Shown in pieces: positions 30,223 through 45,066 of a stretch of DNA of 64,000 bases. The notes under the pieces were generated by a model. That model ran no database searches, was not told the DNA's origin, and was given only the letters and a program-made list of their open reading frames with translations. The DNA lies in the NCBI RefSeq assembly GCF_009914755.1, contig NC_060925.1. The stretch is one strand, 5' to 3'. The stretch's first letter is position 1. The number at the start of each line of letters is the position of its first letter. Origin of the DNA: the human T2T-CHM13v2.0 reference genome, Homo sapiens. The translations under genes were made by a program, and so were the position numbers.

Positions 30223-32329
30223 AGGATATTACTGTATAATAATAACTACTATTATCATTACCACTACTAGCAATCAGAAAGTAGAGACTGTTGTGCAATC
30301 ACCTCAAACAATACTTCCAATGTGCCACACATGGCAAACATGTGGAGATACCATGTGGACAGAGGACACAGATGAGAAGTCAAGTCAGAAGGAACATTCA
30401 CATCAATAACTCCTTACCAAGCAGGCTGTACTGGTTCTGGGGAATTCAGAGATGCCATGCACAATCTTTCTCAGGGAACTCAGCTAACAACAGCAGCTGC
30501 TGTTGATTGAACACTTACTATGTGCCAAACCCTTTAGGCTCCAGTACACGCATTGTCTCCAGTCTCACCAAAGAGCAGTTTGGTGATGAACAAGAAACGT
30601 CTCCAATTTTCACCCACAAATAAACAATTCTATTTTAGAGAAATTAGTGAAGCAAATGAAAGGTTGTGGGATCCGTTTAAAATAGCTGCAGAGTGTCAGC
30701 GGCTGTGAGCCAGACCAAACAGCACACCTTCCCACACACCCTACTTGGGCCTGTGATTACTCAAATCCCAGCACTGGCCTGGGGAGCTGCCCACCAGGAA
30801 CATCCCTCCACAGCACAACTAGAAGGCAGCTTGCCAGAAAAGGGCAGAGCTGGACCTGCCTTCAGCCTCTGAATGGACTAAGAGTTAACAAGTGGAAATG
30901 CATGAAATTGTTCTTTAAAAATTTGTGCTTAACATCATGACTCCCATGCTTTGGTTTTCTACCACTTCACCCGGCAGCTTGCTTTTGTAGTTCTGGCACG
31001 AATTCAGCCGGGCCGAGGGAGCTGGGAGAGGGAAATGGCTCACGGACTCCTGGGAAGCCGAAGCTTGACCTTAAGAGTATTTGGTGGTAAGGAGGCTGCA
31101 GAGACAAATATTCATTCATGTGCTAAAGGTTTTAAAACTCTCTCTTTGTAAATGGAGCATGGTTAGTCTAATTCTGCACTCCAGTGACAGGCACAAGGAC
31201 AGATGCTGGACCTTGAGACATACAAAAGTGACAAAGCAGGCTGATGAATAAGATGTCATCTCTTCTACCCACGACGAAGTCATCCTGGTTGAGGTTAGGC
31301 AGGGACACACAAAATTGTGCCTTGAATGTAGAAGTACAGCAAGCACCAACGGGGTGTATCTGTTCCTGTCCTGGGACAGGAAGGGCATAGGTGACACCAG
31401 AGACTAGGAAAGCCTCTGCTGGAGGGGAAGAGCCCCTTGGTGGGGGGGAGAGACAAGGCTTGACTGGTTTGCTGTGGAGGGGGTGGTGTGCAATGGCTGC
31501 CGTCCCGCCCTCTGAGGCAGAGGCAGGGAACAGTTAGGAGCTCCCAGGTGCGTCTCAACTGCCACAGCATCTCAGCCTTGGAGTCTCTCATGTGTACAGT
31601 ATGCATTTCCTTTAAAAAAAAATCAGAGAAACAACATCTTTAAAGCCAACCAGTTTCTTTCCACCTGACCCTGCTTTCTCCTGTAACTGAGGACAGCCTC
31701 AGAGAAGACGCTATGTGGTCTCTGAAAAGGTGGCCAACCGTAGGCAACAGGGGAGTGAGGACACAGCAGCCTTCTGATCTCACCGTGGACACAGTGAACT
31801 GACAGTCAGTTCAGGAGGAGTTAAAAAGTTCTCTGGGCCTGGTTTAAGATGCTCATTTTCAGACATTCTTGGTAAAATCTGGAGTGCAGGAGAGATGCAG
31901 CTATAGACCCAGTTAGGTGACATCAGCAGGTCACCTCTGAGCAGGTCATAGGGTAGGAGAGAATGGGGCGTGGTACATAAAGGTTGTGGCAGGGTCACGG
32001 GCACCATCCTGTACACAGGGTGGGGAATGGGCAGGGAGGGGGTAGGGACGCAAAATAAGCCCCTCCCCCAAGTTGAAGGTAACCTCTGAATTCCCACGGC
32101 AGTGCTTCTGTTTTCCTGTATCTCTTGCCCCATGCATGAGGGTAGGAGTTGGTCTGGTTCATCTTTGCTTCCTCAACAGTGACTGATCTGTGCCTTGTGC
32201 CAAAGCAATATTGTGTAATTAGAGGACTCTGGAGCTAGGCTGGCTGCATTGGAATCCTGGACTTTCTACTGATATTTGTATTTCACAGATGTTTATCTCG
32301 TTTCAATAATGAAGACATTGAGGTAAAAT

Positions 32330-32680
32330 GACTTCTTCAGTTATTCATGCATTCATTCAACAAATATTTATTGAGAGCCAAGGCACTGCTGGGATAGAGA
32401 TAAAAATCTCTGCACTCATAAAGCTTGCATTCTGGTGTGGAGATAAACAATAAACCAACAAATATGTAAAATGGGTAGGATGTCAGACTGTAATCACTGC
32501 TATGGAGAAAAGTAAAGCTAGGAAGAGGCTTTTTCAACGGAAGGATCAGAAAAGGCCTCCTGTGCAGGTTGAGCAGAGACCTGGTGGAGGTGGGGAGCTG
32601 CCTTGTGGTATTTAGCTGAGCATCCTAGGAAGGGCAGGGTCCTGATGGGAGTCTGGTGTGTCCATGGATCAGCAAGGAGG
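32330..32680 (-). mobile_element. L2 3' fragment
   Basis: cattcattcaacaaatatttattgag L2 terminus motif. Confidence 0.6.
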
Positions 32681-32862
32681 TCATAATTTTTTGTTGTTTG
32701 TCCAGGATTAATCAATACAAAGCTTGAGTCCCAGTCTAGTGCTCTAGTGCTAGAATTTTACGCCTAAACATTTTCTTATTTCATGGGCGCTGCAAATTTT
32801 ATAACCGCAGGTTTTACTTTTTTCCTTCTAAATATCTTTATTTGAATATCTTTAGTAAATAA

Positions 32863-33018
<156 letters not shown>

Positions 33019-33039
33019 TAACATGCCTAGTATTTTTTT

Positions 33040-33750
33040 TTTAATCATTTTAACCATTTTTAAATGCACAACTCAGTGGCATTAAGTACAATCAGTGTCA
33101 TGCAGCCATGACCACTATCCATCTCCAAAACTTTTCCAGCATTCCAAACAAAAGTTCTGTATTCATTAAGCCGTTAACTCTCTTCCCTCACCTCCACTGC
33201 TGGGTAATGTCTACTCTATTTCTGTCTCTATGAATTTGCCTGTTCTAGATATCTCATATAAGTGGAACCATACTATGTGTCTGGCTTATTTCACTTAGCA
33301 TGTTTTCAAGGTTCATCTATTTTGTAGCATTATACTTTTACTTTTTTATGGCTGAATAGTATTCCGTTGTATATGTAGTATATACCACATTTTACTTATC
33401 CATTCACCTGTTGGTCATATGGGTTGTTCCCACATGTTGGCTATCATGAGTAATGCTGCTGTGAACATTGATGTACAAGTATCTGAGTTACTGCTTTGAG
33501 TATATGTCTAGAAGTGGAATTGCTGGGTTACATGGTAATTCTACAATTAACATTTTTAAAGACCACTGAACTGTTTCTCACAGAGGCTACACCATTTTCC
33601 ACTCCCAGCAGCAATGTACAAGGGTTCCAGTTTTTCCACATATTTTGCCAACGGTTTTTTTTTTTCTTTTGAGCTCCCGGGTTTTCACAGGGCATATTTT
33701 CATTTTTTAAATAGCCATCCTAATAGGTGTGTAAAATGGTACCTCGTTGT
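33040..33750 (-). mobile_element. L1MB-like 3' fragment
   Basis: tggcttatttcacttagcatgttttcaaggttcatc and cattttccactcccagcagcaatg motifs. Confidence 0.75.
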
Positions 33751-33870
33751 GGTTCAGATACTACTTTTTTCACTTACTGGAAACAGAGTCAAATTTGCGA
33801 TGCATCTTTAATAGGGGTGTGTGTATATATATATGTGTGTGTGTGTATGTGTATAAATATATACATATAA

Positions 33871-33998
33871 TTTTTTTTTTAAAGAGACTGGGGCTTGCTA
33901 TCTTGCCCAGACTGGTCTCCAACTCCTGGCCTCAAGGGATCCTCCCATGTCATCTTCCCCAAGTGTTGGGATTACAGGCATGAATCACGGTACCTGGC
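33871..33998 (-). mobile_element. Alu monomer (FLAM-like)
   Basis: Left-arm consensus. Confidence 0.8.
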
Positions 33999-34000
33999 TG

Positions 34001-34001
<1 letters not shown>

Positions 34002-34040
<39 letters not shown>
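34002..34040. repeat. (TG)n microsatellite
   Basis: Seen directly. Confidence 0.95.
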
Positions 34041-34042
<2 letters not shown>

Positions 34043-34060
34043 TTTATGTTTTTGTATTTT

Positions 34061-34133
34061 ACAAACCCTTGTGTCAAGGGCTGACTTTCAATAGATTGCA
34101 GTGAGGGAGCTGCTCTGCCATTTACAAAACCCC
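34061..34133 (-). pseudogene. Retroposed fragment of the 28S rRNA 3' end
   Basis: Minus strand reads GCAGAGCAGCTCCCTCACTGCAATCTATTGAAAGTCAGCCCTTGACACAAGGGTTTGT, matching the 28S terminus with CpG decay, then an A-rich tail. Confidence 0.9.
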
Positions 34134-34198
34134 AAATGATGTATATATTCTTATGTTTGGCCCGAGTGGCTCTTTTTATGACCCAATTCTAAATTTAT

Positions 34199-34420
34199 AG
34201 CAGTGGTTCTCAACTAGCAGTGATTTTCATTCTCTGTCCTTCCTGCTGGTGACATTTGCCCATGTCTGGAGACATTTTGGGTTGTCCCAACTAAAGGAGG
34301 GGGTGTTACTGGCATCTACTGGGTAGAGGCCAGGGATGCTGCAAAACATCCTACAATGTACAGGGCCTCCCAAAACAGAATTATTTGGCTACTTCCAAAT
34401 GTCAGTGCCAAAGTGGAGAC
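34199..34420. mobile_element. MER20 (hAT DNA transposon)
   Basis: cagtggttctcaac...tgtctggagacattttggg...ctggcatctactgggtagaggccagggatgctgc. Confidence 0.8.
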
Positions 34421-34775
34421 TCCCTGGATTATATAGCTTGTCATATTTCAGGTATCTACAAAACGTACCTTAATTCCTGTTGGGAATAAAGCAGAATATA
34501 TAGTAAGCTCTTGCTTGTGAACTAAATGACATTAACATTGTGATAAAGATGCAGAAGGTATAACTTTCCTTTTATGATAGTAGCTATATGTGTACTCAAA
34601 TTATATATAATTGAATGTATTTATTGAATTAGTTGCTAATTAATAACCTAAAGTACAATGTGAGATGAAAATACTGCTATTGAGATTTCCAAAAAATTAC
34701 CATGTTCCTGAAGGAAACAAACCTAGACATCTTTCACTAAAGATGGTCTTTCATTAAATTAAAAAATATTTACTG

Positions 34776-35094
<319 letters not shown>

Positions 35095-35164
35095 ACTGAA
35101 TGCAATCACGTGCCAGATTCTCTGTTTAGCACTAAAAATATGTGGGTGGACCAGGTGGATGTAG

Positions 35165-35518
<354 letters not shown>

Positions 35519-35603
35519 CCCATTTGTTAACAGTGTTTTGATGCCCCTCCTCTTTTAAAGTTGAAAAGCTGAAGGAAACAGAAATTCTTATAAAATGGAA
35601 AAC

Positions 35604-35609
35604 TTTAAT
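35604..35609 (-). terminator. EVI5: Distal poly(A) signal ATTAAA for EVI5
   Basis: tttaat on + strand at the edge of unique AT-rich sequence. Confidence 0.6.
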
Positions 35610-36383
35610 TGTTTAAAGAAAAGGCACAAGTAAACATTTCAGGTTATCATACAATGTTACAATAAAAAATTCCAATAGCAAAATGAAACACATTATAACT
35701 TTGCTTCTTGGTAGTATACTGAATGTATTATTCTATCATCTCCTCTTTGGAGTAAAAAGAAGGGATAGGCAGATCAATGGATGTGATGTAAAAACTTGGA
35801 TCATAAATAGCATCCACTATACCTTTAACCAGAAATTAAACTTCAGTAGAATTAAAATTAATTTTTAAAACTTAGTTTTGTTAATAATAGAGCAGCAGTA
35901 ACTTTCAAGCTAAAACTCATTGTTTTAGTAAGTAAATAACTGATTTCATGAAATGTTCGCTGTCAATGTCTGGTATGTTAATATACATTAATCAAGCTGG
36001 TCATGAAACAGTTTTACCAAAATATAATTCATATACTTATTTTACTTTAAACCTGAATATTACAGTACATTATATAAAAGATAAATGAGAATAAGGAACT
36101 AAATTATTTCTTACGATGTCAGAAATAATATACTTAAAAAGGTGTAGACCTTATTTTCAATCAAAGGCACTATCTGGAGAGTTAACAAGCTGCATCATGT
36201 TCAGAATTGAGAAAAAGTTTTTCTCCTTCCCAAATAACTGGCTGATTAGTAGAAACCTGTCATCTCAGCAAACACTGAATACCTAGTATCTAGCCAAAAA
36301 ACAAACAAACAAACAAACAAACAAAAAAGACGGTGGGGGCAGAAATTGTGTAAAATTACATCTTTGACTTCTTTTCCCAGGAT

Positions 36384-36550
36384 TTTTTTTTTTTTTTAAA
36401 GAGACAGGGTCTTGCCATGTTGCCCAGGTTGGAGTGCAGTGGTTATTCTTTCACAGGTGTGATCATTACACACTACAGCCCCAAACTCCTGTACTCTAGT
36501 GATCCTCCTGCCTCAGCCTCTTGAGTAGGTGGGACTATAGGAGTGTGCCA
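36384..36550 (-). mobile_element. Old Alu monomer in the EVI5 3'UTR
   Basis: gagacagggtcttgccatgttgcccagg...cctgcctcagcctc. Confidence 0.8.
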
Positions 36551-37472
36551 ATTTCTAAAAAGGCTGTTGAAGTGTTATCTTGATCTAAAAGTGTATGTTT
36601 CATTAACTCAATGCAATTTCCATTTTATTCACATCACTTGTATCCTCTACTCTCAGCTTGTCAACCCAGGATGGCAATGACACCAGGAAGGTAACTGTCC
36701 CAAGGGAGCAAGCTTTCTTATTATGAGTCATTTCATTCACTTTTCTCCCCTGAATATACTCAACTCTAAGTGTTTAACTTAATAACATTCAAATATCACA
36801 AAATGTCAGTAATTAAATAAAATTCGTCGAGAACATTGTTCAATGCTTCAAAGTCTTGAACAACATACTTACATTAATTTGAATGAAAAGGAGTCAAACC
36901 AAGGCATAATATCCTATTGCATCCTAAAGGCCTGGGAGATTTTAAACTCTTCTAAGGTGTATTTGAATCAGATCTTCAAAGAAAAGAGTGTTATTTCTAG
37001 TTTTTTGTTGTCCAAATTACAAGAGTTTCAACGGATTAAGGTTTCCTTACCATGATTCTTTTAACACCTAATTCCTAATCAGAAATGGTACTTAAGAATA
37101 TCAACGTTTAGAATTCAAACATGATTCTAGAAAATTTCTTATCTTAAAGTCAAACTATAACCTTTACTCAATAAAGCATACTCTTAAAGGTCTGTGATGC
37201 ATGCTTTAAAGAACAGTGATGGGATTCTGGAGTTCTTTCCTTTCTTTCTCCTTCTCCAAAGATACAGATACCTTTCTACAGTTTTCTATGGAATAAGAGA
37301 CTTCATCATATAAAATGGCTGGCATGTTTTCCCTTTTGAATAGTTCTGATTATAAGATCCACCATGAAATTTTACGTTTCCAAATCATAAGCTTAATAGC
37401 AAAAGCAAACAATTTGACCTACCACTGAGCTAAATTGAAGAAGAAAAACCTGCATTTTAGAGTATCTGTTAT

Positions 37473-37778
37473 CAAGGGTTAGCAAACTTTTTCTGTAAAG
37501 GATCAGATAAATATTTTAGGCTACCTGGGCCATATGGTCTCCCTTGCAATGACTCAACTCTGCTACTGTAGCACAAAGCGGCCATACACAATATTTAAAA
37601 GGGTGAGCATGGGTGTGCCCCAATAAAACTTTACTTATGGACACTGCAATTTGAATTTCATATAATTTTCATGTGACACAAAATATCAGTCTTTGGAATT
37701 TTTTTCCCAACTATTTAAAAAAGTAAAAACTGGCAGCTGACTGCAATAGCTTGTAGGCTGCACTTTGCTGACCCCTGG
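37473..37778. mobile_element. MER58-family hAT element in the EVI5 3'UTR
   Basis: Terminal inverted repeats caagggttagcaaa and tttgctgacccctg. Confidence 0.8.
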
Positions 37779-38056
37779 TCCAGATCATTCAGATTTCTTG
37801 ATGTGAGGGTCAAAGCAATAATGTGGCCATGCATCATCTCACTTCACTTGGACATTGATAGCTTTCTGGGCTGATAGTATAGAACTCCGAACAAAAATCC
37901 CCAAAGCACAAGACAATCCTACAAGTAAGTAGTATCTACACTCACAGACTGTGTAGAGCTTGTAAGTGTTGATACTCATCTATCTATCTGTATATATATT
38001 CAGGAAACATTTAAATCAAATTCATTTAAATTATGTTGTCAAAAAAGCAGGGAATT

Positions 38057-38363
<307 letters not shown>

Positions 38364-38442
38364 AGAGAATTGAGAAATTCTTCAGCTGAACCCTTTCAAA
38401 AGCTTTGGTGTTAGGGAGATCTAGGTTAAAATCTTGGCTCTT

Positions 38443-38570
38443 GCTGGGAGCAGTAGCTCGCACCTGTAATCCCCACACTTTGGGAGGCTGAGGCAGGAGG
38501 ACCACTTGAGGCCAGGAGTTCAAGACCAGCCTGGACAACACAGTGAGACACCTGTCTCTATATTAAAAAA
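38443..38570 (+). mobile_element. FLAM-like Alu monomer in the EVI5 3'UTR
   Basis: TSD AAAATCTTGGCTCT. Confidence 0.88.
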
Positions 38571-39754
38571 AATCTTGGCTCTGCTACTTACTAGCTTGTA
38601 ACCACAGGTAAGTTATTTAACCACCAGAATTTAGCCTGGTGTTAAGGACAGACACGCAGGGGTATGTTTTCAATTTCATTTCTCAGGCAAGCAAATAGCT
38701 ACAAAAACCTTGCTGGAAAGCCTAGTCCACAACGTACCTGAAGGCTTAACTCCTAGTTTTTGACAGAAAACTACTTTTATCTCTTCTACTCTATTTCATA
38801 TTTTTTTTTTTGCCGCATGCAACATACTGTGCAAAACTGTGCCTCCATACATACTGAATTCTACTTTTCTCTTCCAAGGCTTTTTCCATAGGTTAACAAA
38901 ATGTTTTTTTTTTCATAGGCTAACAAAAATGAGAGTAGAAAGTACCCAGTCAACATATTCATGTCGTCTTTCCATAGTGCAAGTATAATTTGGGTGTTTT
39001 CTCTAACTTATCAGTGACAGGCATCCTGTTTTCTAGGAAATAATATCTAAATGATATAGGAAAAACTGGTAGGAAAGGATTCTTATGGCTTTATCTATAG
39101 AACAAAAACTAGAGATTCTGAAGATCATGTTAATAGATTATTTGTAGATATAATTGCTATGTTTCTTGGACCTTAGCCCATTGCTTAAATTATATTCAGT
39201 AGAATATTAGCACTAACTAATATGTGCTATAACCTCTTCAGTCATGAAAAATTTAGTAGTTACATACACATGAAATAAAAGATTCCACCAACAGTGTTTT
39301 TGAACAGGCATCAGTTATGAATCTGCTAGTATTGAATGCTAAGCAAAATACTAAAGCTCTTAAAACATTAGTGTTTTATTTTTAACTTTTAACCTATTAT
39401 TTACAGAAGTCCTGTTAGATGCTGAAAGCAGTCATTTTGCAACATGTATGTTCTTCATATAAAATGATGTTCAATGTTAGGTGGTACAGATTTATAAATA
39501 TGTACAAACAAAACAGTATGTCTGTAGTTAACCTACTACTCTAGTAACCAACACATGGAAGCATCATATGCACATAAAAGTTAAACATTAAAACAAAACT
39601 TAAAACTCTCAAAACAGATAATCATGAATTTGTGTTTATAAAATTATATAGAATAAAGGCTTTGTGTGTGGGGACTTTCAGTGGCCCACCAATAATTTTC
39701 ATGAAAAAATAAAAATAGAAAAAAAAAACCTCCCAGACACAAACAGACAAGGTA

Positions 39755-40093
<339 letters not shown>

Positions 40094-40396
40094 TCAAATG
40101 TCTGTAGACAGCCACCTTGAGAACAAATTGATAAACATAAATACACAATTTGCTCACTGAGCATAAAATATTGCACAAGAGCAGTTTTGTCTGAAGAAAA
40201 TTCAATTTTCCATAGTTTTGAACTTCAGAATGGTTCCCACATATAGATATAGTTGCATTTTCTAAACAAGAAACATTAATATTCAGTAATACTGTTAGAA
40301 CCTTGTTTTACACATTAACCATATACCAGTCTACTTTATGGCAATGGTAAATCAGTGGTAAAGATTTGGCAAAGATAAAAAGGCAGATAAGACTGT

Positions 40397-40400
<4 letters not shown>

Positions 40401-40428
<28 letters not shown>
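40401..40428. repeat. (TA)14 microsatellite in the EVI5 3'UTR
   Basis: Seen directly. Confidence 0.95.
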
Positions 40429-40433
<5 letters not shown>

Positions 40434-40514
40434 GAAACAAATTATTTCCAAAAAGCCCTAATCATATGATAACTGATCCCTTAAATAAATCCATAGTCTA
40501 GGTCACAGTGATGG

Positions 40515-40829
40515 TCAGACAGTGGTTGAATACGACTCTCTTCTTCTCGGGGGCCGCTCCTTTTGAACCACTTGGTTGCTCTCTCTGGTCTCCAGCACAC
40601 TGTCTTCTGTTTCGCTCTCACTACCATCTGCCACTGCGGGGTCCAAAGACATCGAGCCAGATTTTCCGTGCAAAGGAAAACCAACACCAGTTTCCTGTAA
40701 GGAATTATCTATAAAATCTTCATCGGAGGAATGGAATGATTCATCATCTCCTATTAAATGGTTGACAATGTGGATTCCATCAAAAGGAGGTTGGCCTGAG
40801 AAGCCCCTCTGGCCTTTTAGGCACCTGAG
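40515..40829 (-). CDS. EVI5: EVI5 terminal coding exon (C-terminal 104 aa)
   Basis: Acceptor ttttgttttaacAG|CTC; 315 nt; LRCLKGQRGFSGQPPFDGIHIVNHLIGDDESFHSSDEDF...KERPPRRRESYSTTV-TGA, recognised as the EVI5 C-terminus; known synteny with GFI1. Confidence 0.93.
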   Translation of the reverse strand, partial: LRCLKGQRGFSGQPPFDGIHIVNHLIGDDESFHSSDEDFIDNSLQETGVGFPLHGKSGSMSLDPAVADGSESETEDSVLETRESNQVVQKERPPRRRESYSTTV

Positions 40830-40990
40830 CTGTTAAAACAAAATCCAAGTTAATACAGTCAAATGGGGGAAACACACACACGCCAAAAAGCAAACATTCC
40901 ATGTTTAAGGAAGAAGATGCCTTATTATTTTTCTATTTACAGGTATAATCATAGTTACTAATTTTTGAGTGCCTTCTATGTGTTATATAA

Positions 40991-41328
<338 letters not shown>

Positions 41329-43954
41329 TGAATAATAACAACCGTCCTATGTGATAGATTTTAGTATTTACTTTTCTCATTCTACAGATTAGGAAATGGA
41401 GACTCAGGAAGAGTAACTTGCTAAGGACATATATAGCTAGTAGCAAAGTTTAGATTCAAACTAAATCTTCATTATACTAGAGATAATATAATGGACTCCA
41501 TGTACCCATCACCTAATTTCAACAAGTAACACCCATCATGGACAATCTTTTTACATTACACACCTCTTGTTCCTGGATAATTTTGAGGTAAACCCCAGAC
41601 ATCCTATCAGTTTATCTGTAAATATTTTGCTGGTATTTCTAGAAGGTATGAACTTAAAAACCATACTATCACACACACTATCTTGAGAGAATGTCTCCAT
41701 AGTTCTGTAAATGATGAAAATGATTTATAAATCATTAAAACTTTGCTAAGAGTCTCCATCCTGTTATAATAGCCCAAAGGCCAGCATATCACCGTCACTT
41801 ACTGTGGGAGAGGAATGCTGCTTCCCACTCATGAGGTTTCCTTCTGCATGGGGGGAGTGCCAGTCCGGTATAACATTTCTGCCTTCTCTCCCCAACTCCC
41901 CCTGGGGAGAAGGTGAGGCTTCTCTTAGTGGGGAGGAGGAGAGAGGAATGGTATGCCTCACTCATCTCTTTTCCCTTTCTTCCCATCTTTTAGAATGAGG
42001 CTCTAGTCCTCAATCCCTGGAGTTTTATAGTACAAGACCCTCACATAAGGAGGCTTAAGGAGGTCAAAAGCTACCTGTTACTGGGTGGGCAAGTCTGACT
42101 AATTCTAGAGTTTAGTATTGAAAAAATTGTGCCACATTTAAATCTAAACCACATTTTCCAAAACCAGTTTTATCAGAATTAAAACTGATTTATTTTCATC
42201 ATCTGCCACTTCTTTGCTCAAGTTTCCTCAAACTCCCAAATCCACAACCATGACAGTACCAGTTCTACTCACATACAATTAAGTCATCAGCTCTGCCCTC
42301 AAGAGTTTATGTTTTAAAGTTTGATTTTGACATTCTGTCACTTATTTCATTTCTCTCATGCACCATGAATTTTCTCCTACAATAAAGTGGAAGAGTAAAA
42401 AACCAAAACCAAAAACAAGAATTAGCTACCAAATATCTACTCTGACTATTAAGAATCTTGCTAAAATATGCTCCACGTCTCCTACCCTCATCCTTGTTTC
42501 TCAGGGACAAACTCCTAGTCACAATCTTTCAATTCTTTAGATAAAGGCAATGTGAAATATTCAGGAAATATTACATACACTTTCAAAACTAACGGTCCTG
42601 AGAATAAAGACATTACAGCCTCACCATAATACCTCCCAGCTTTCCTGAAAGACTTCCAGGAAGAAGTGAAGAAACCTCAGCACTTCCCTGCTTGTATATG
42701 ACAACAAGAATCAGCAGGGATGCAGGGACTCAGAACAATGATGTCTGGCCCAAGCAGACCTTCAACTATATTCCTGTGCCCTAGACCAAGTGGACAAATT
42801 TATAGTGAGGTACAACGTAATTTAAATAATACCATTCTCCTTGGCAGAACAGAGGGATCTATACTTGGAGTTGAATCTTTAGGAAAAGGGCATATAGCAC
42901 CACAAAGGCCTCCTCAAGGTTATGATACCCACTGCATTGTTACAACTGCCACGTTCTGATGCAACATCCTATCGCAATATTGCAACACACAATTTATAGC
43001 TCCAAGTGTTAAATTAAGTCAGTTAATCTCTTCCTTTCTCTTTTTCCCCCAGACCTTTTTGAAGAAATCATATGGAACATGTGTCTTCCTTCTTCCTGGC
43101 TGTTATAAAGGAGGAGTATGGCAGAAGAACCACAACTTCCCAACTGTTTGGAAAGCTGCAGCTTTCCTTTGCTCTAACAAAATTTATTGCAATTAAAACA
43201 CTGCAGCCTCATCATCAGATGTAATTATAGAAAATTAACTATAGGTTGAAGGGTCATTTCCTCAACATCAAAGGAATCTCATTGAGAGCTGTTAATATGG
43301 AATAGCAAACGTAAAGGAATTTATTGGTGGAGAGAAAAAATGGTGAAGGTAAGCGACTATGTGGTAAAACTGAAGCTATCCCTTGGTTATCTGTCCCTTA
43401 GACTTAGGTGTGTGCACACTGGATCTGATGAGGGAGGAGTCCTGTACTAGGTCTGGAAGTGGGCATTTGGGGAAGGAATTCCAGGGTACTGACTACCCAG
43501 AATATGTTCTAGAAGGGGCTGCATGAACTTCAGGTAGACATGTCTTCTGGGAGTCCTCATCCTGTGGAAAGGGGTTTGGCTAGAAGAAAGCCACAGCTGG
43601 GCCCTCTAAAGTGCAGTCCTGGCTATCTGATCTAAATGATATACTGCTTATCCTTATTACCAGACTTTCAGGGGCAAACTATATTTAAGCAACAACAAAA
43701 AGCAAGCAGACAATCAACCTTTCCAACTCTCCCTTTCCTCCAAAAAAAAAAAAGAAAAAAATCCTTATGGGTATTATCAGTAGCAAACTGAGATTAGCAT
43801 ATTTCAAAACGTAATCCACTAGTCATCTGCATAAGAACTGAGGATCTCTGTCAAAAATGTAGAATCCCTCTTGAGATCCAAGGATTTTGAATCCTTTTGA
43901 AAAGTGAAATCCCAGAATATACATTTTTTACACGCATTCAGGAAATTTTGAAAT

Positions 43955-44287
43955 ATGGTCGGATCTCTGTATCAGTGCGACCCACATTCATGGATTCAAA
44001 CAATTGTGGGTCCAAAATAATTAGGAGAAAAAAGGATGGTTTCCTCTATACTGAACATGTACCGACTCTTTTCTTGTCATCATCACCTAAACAATACAGT
44101 ATAACAACTATTTACATTGGATTAGGTGCTAAAAGTAATCTAGAGATGACTCAAAGTATATGGGAGGATGTCTGTAGGTTATATGCAAACACTACATCAT
44201 TTTATATACAGAACTTGAGCATCCATGGATTTTGGTATCCATAGGGATCCGAAACCAATCCCCCATAGATACCAAGGGATGACAGTG
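43955..44287. mobile_element. Tigger3a/MER7-like DNA transposon
   Basis: gtaatctagagatgac..taggttatatgcaaacactac..gagcatccatggattttggtatcc..gataccaagggatgac. Confidence 0.75.
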
Positions 44288-44627
44288 CTCTAAACTCTCA
44301 GAATCACCGTGGTAGACCCTCTGGTTCAAATAAAATGGGGCTGAGACAGAAAAAAGTTGATTTAGCTGAAATGGAACTCTTAATTATTTAGGACAAAAGT
44401 GCTTCTGAACTATGAACATCTGACTAGTGTCTGGTATGTAGAAATGGATGCGATCTTTCCAGTAGTACAACCAAGCTGTTCCGGGCCAATTCTACCACCT
44501 GATGGTTGACACAAGGAAAACTGTTTAAATGAACGTTTTCTGCAACTTTCTTCTTGTGGTATAGAGGTAGGGGCTAAAGACCTGAATAACTCTGATGCAC
44601 ATCTCAGAATAGGGACCACTACTCTAG

Positions 44628-45066
<439 letters not shown>

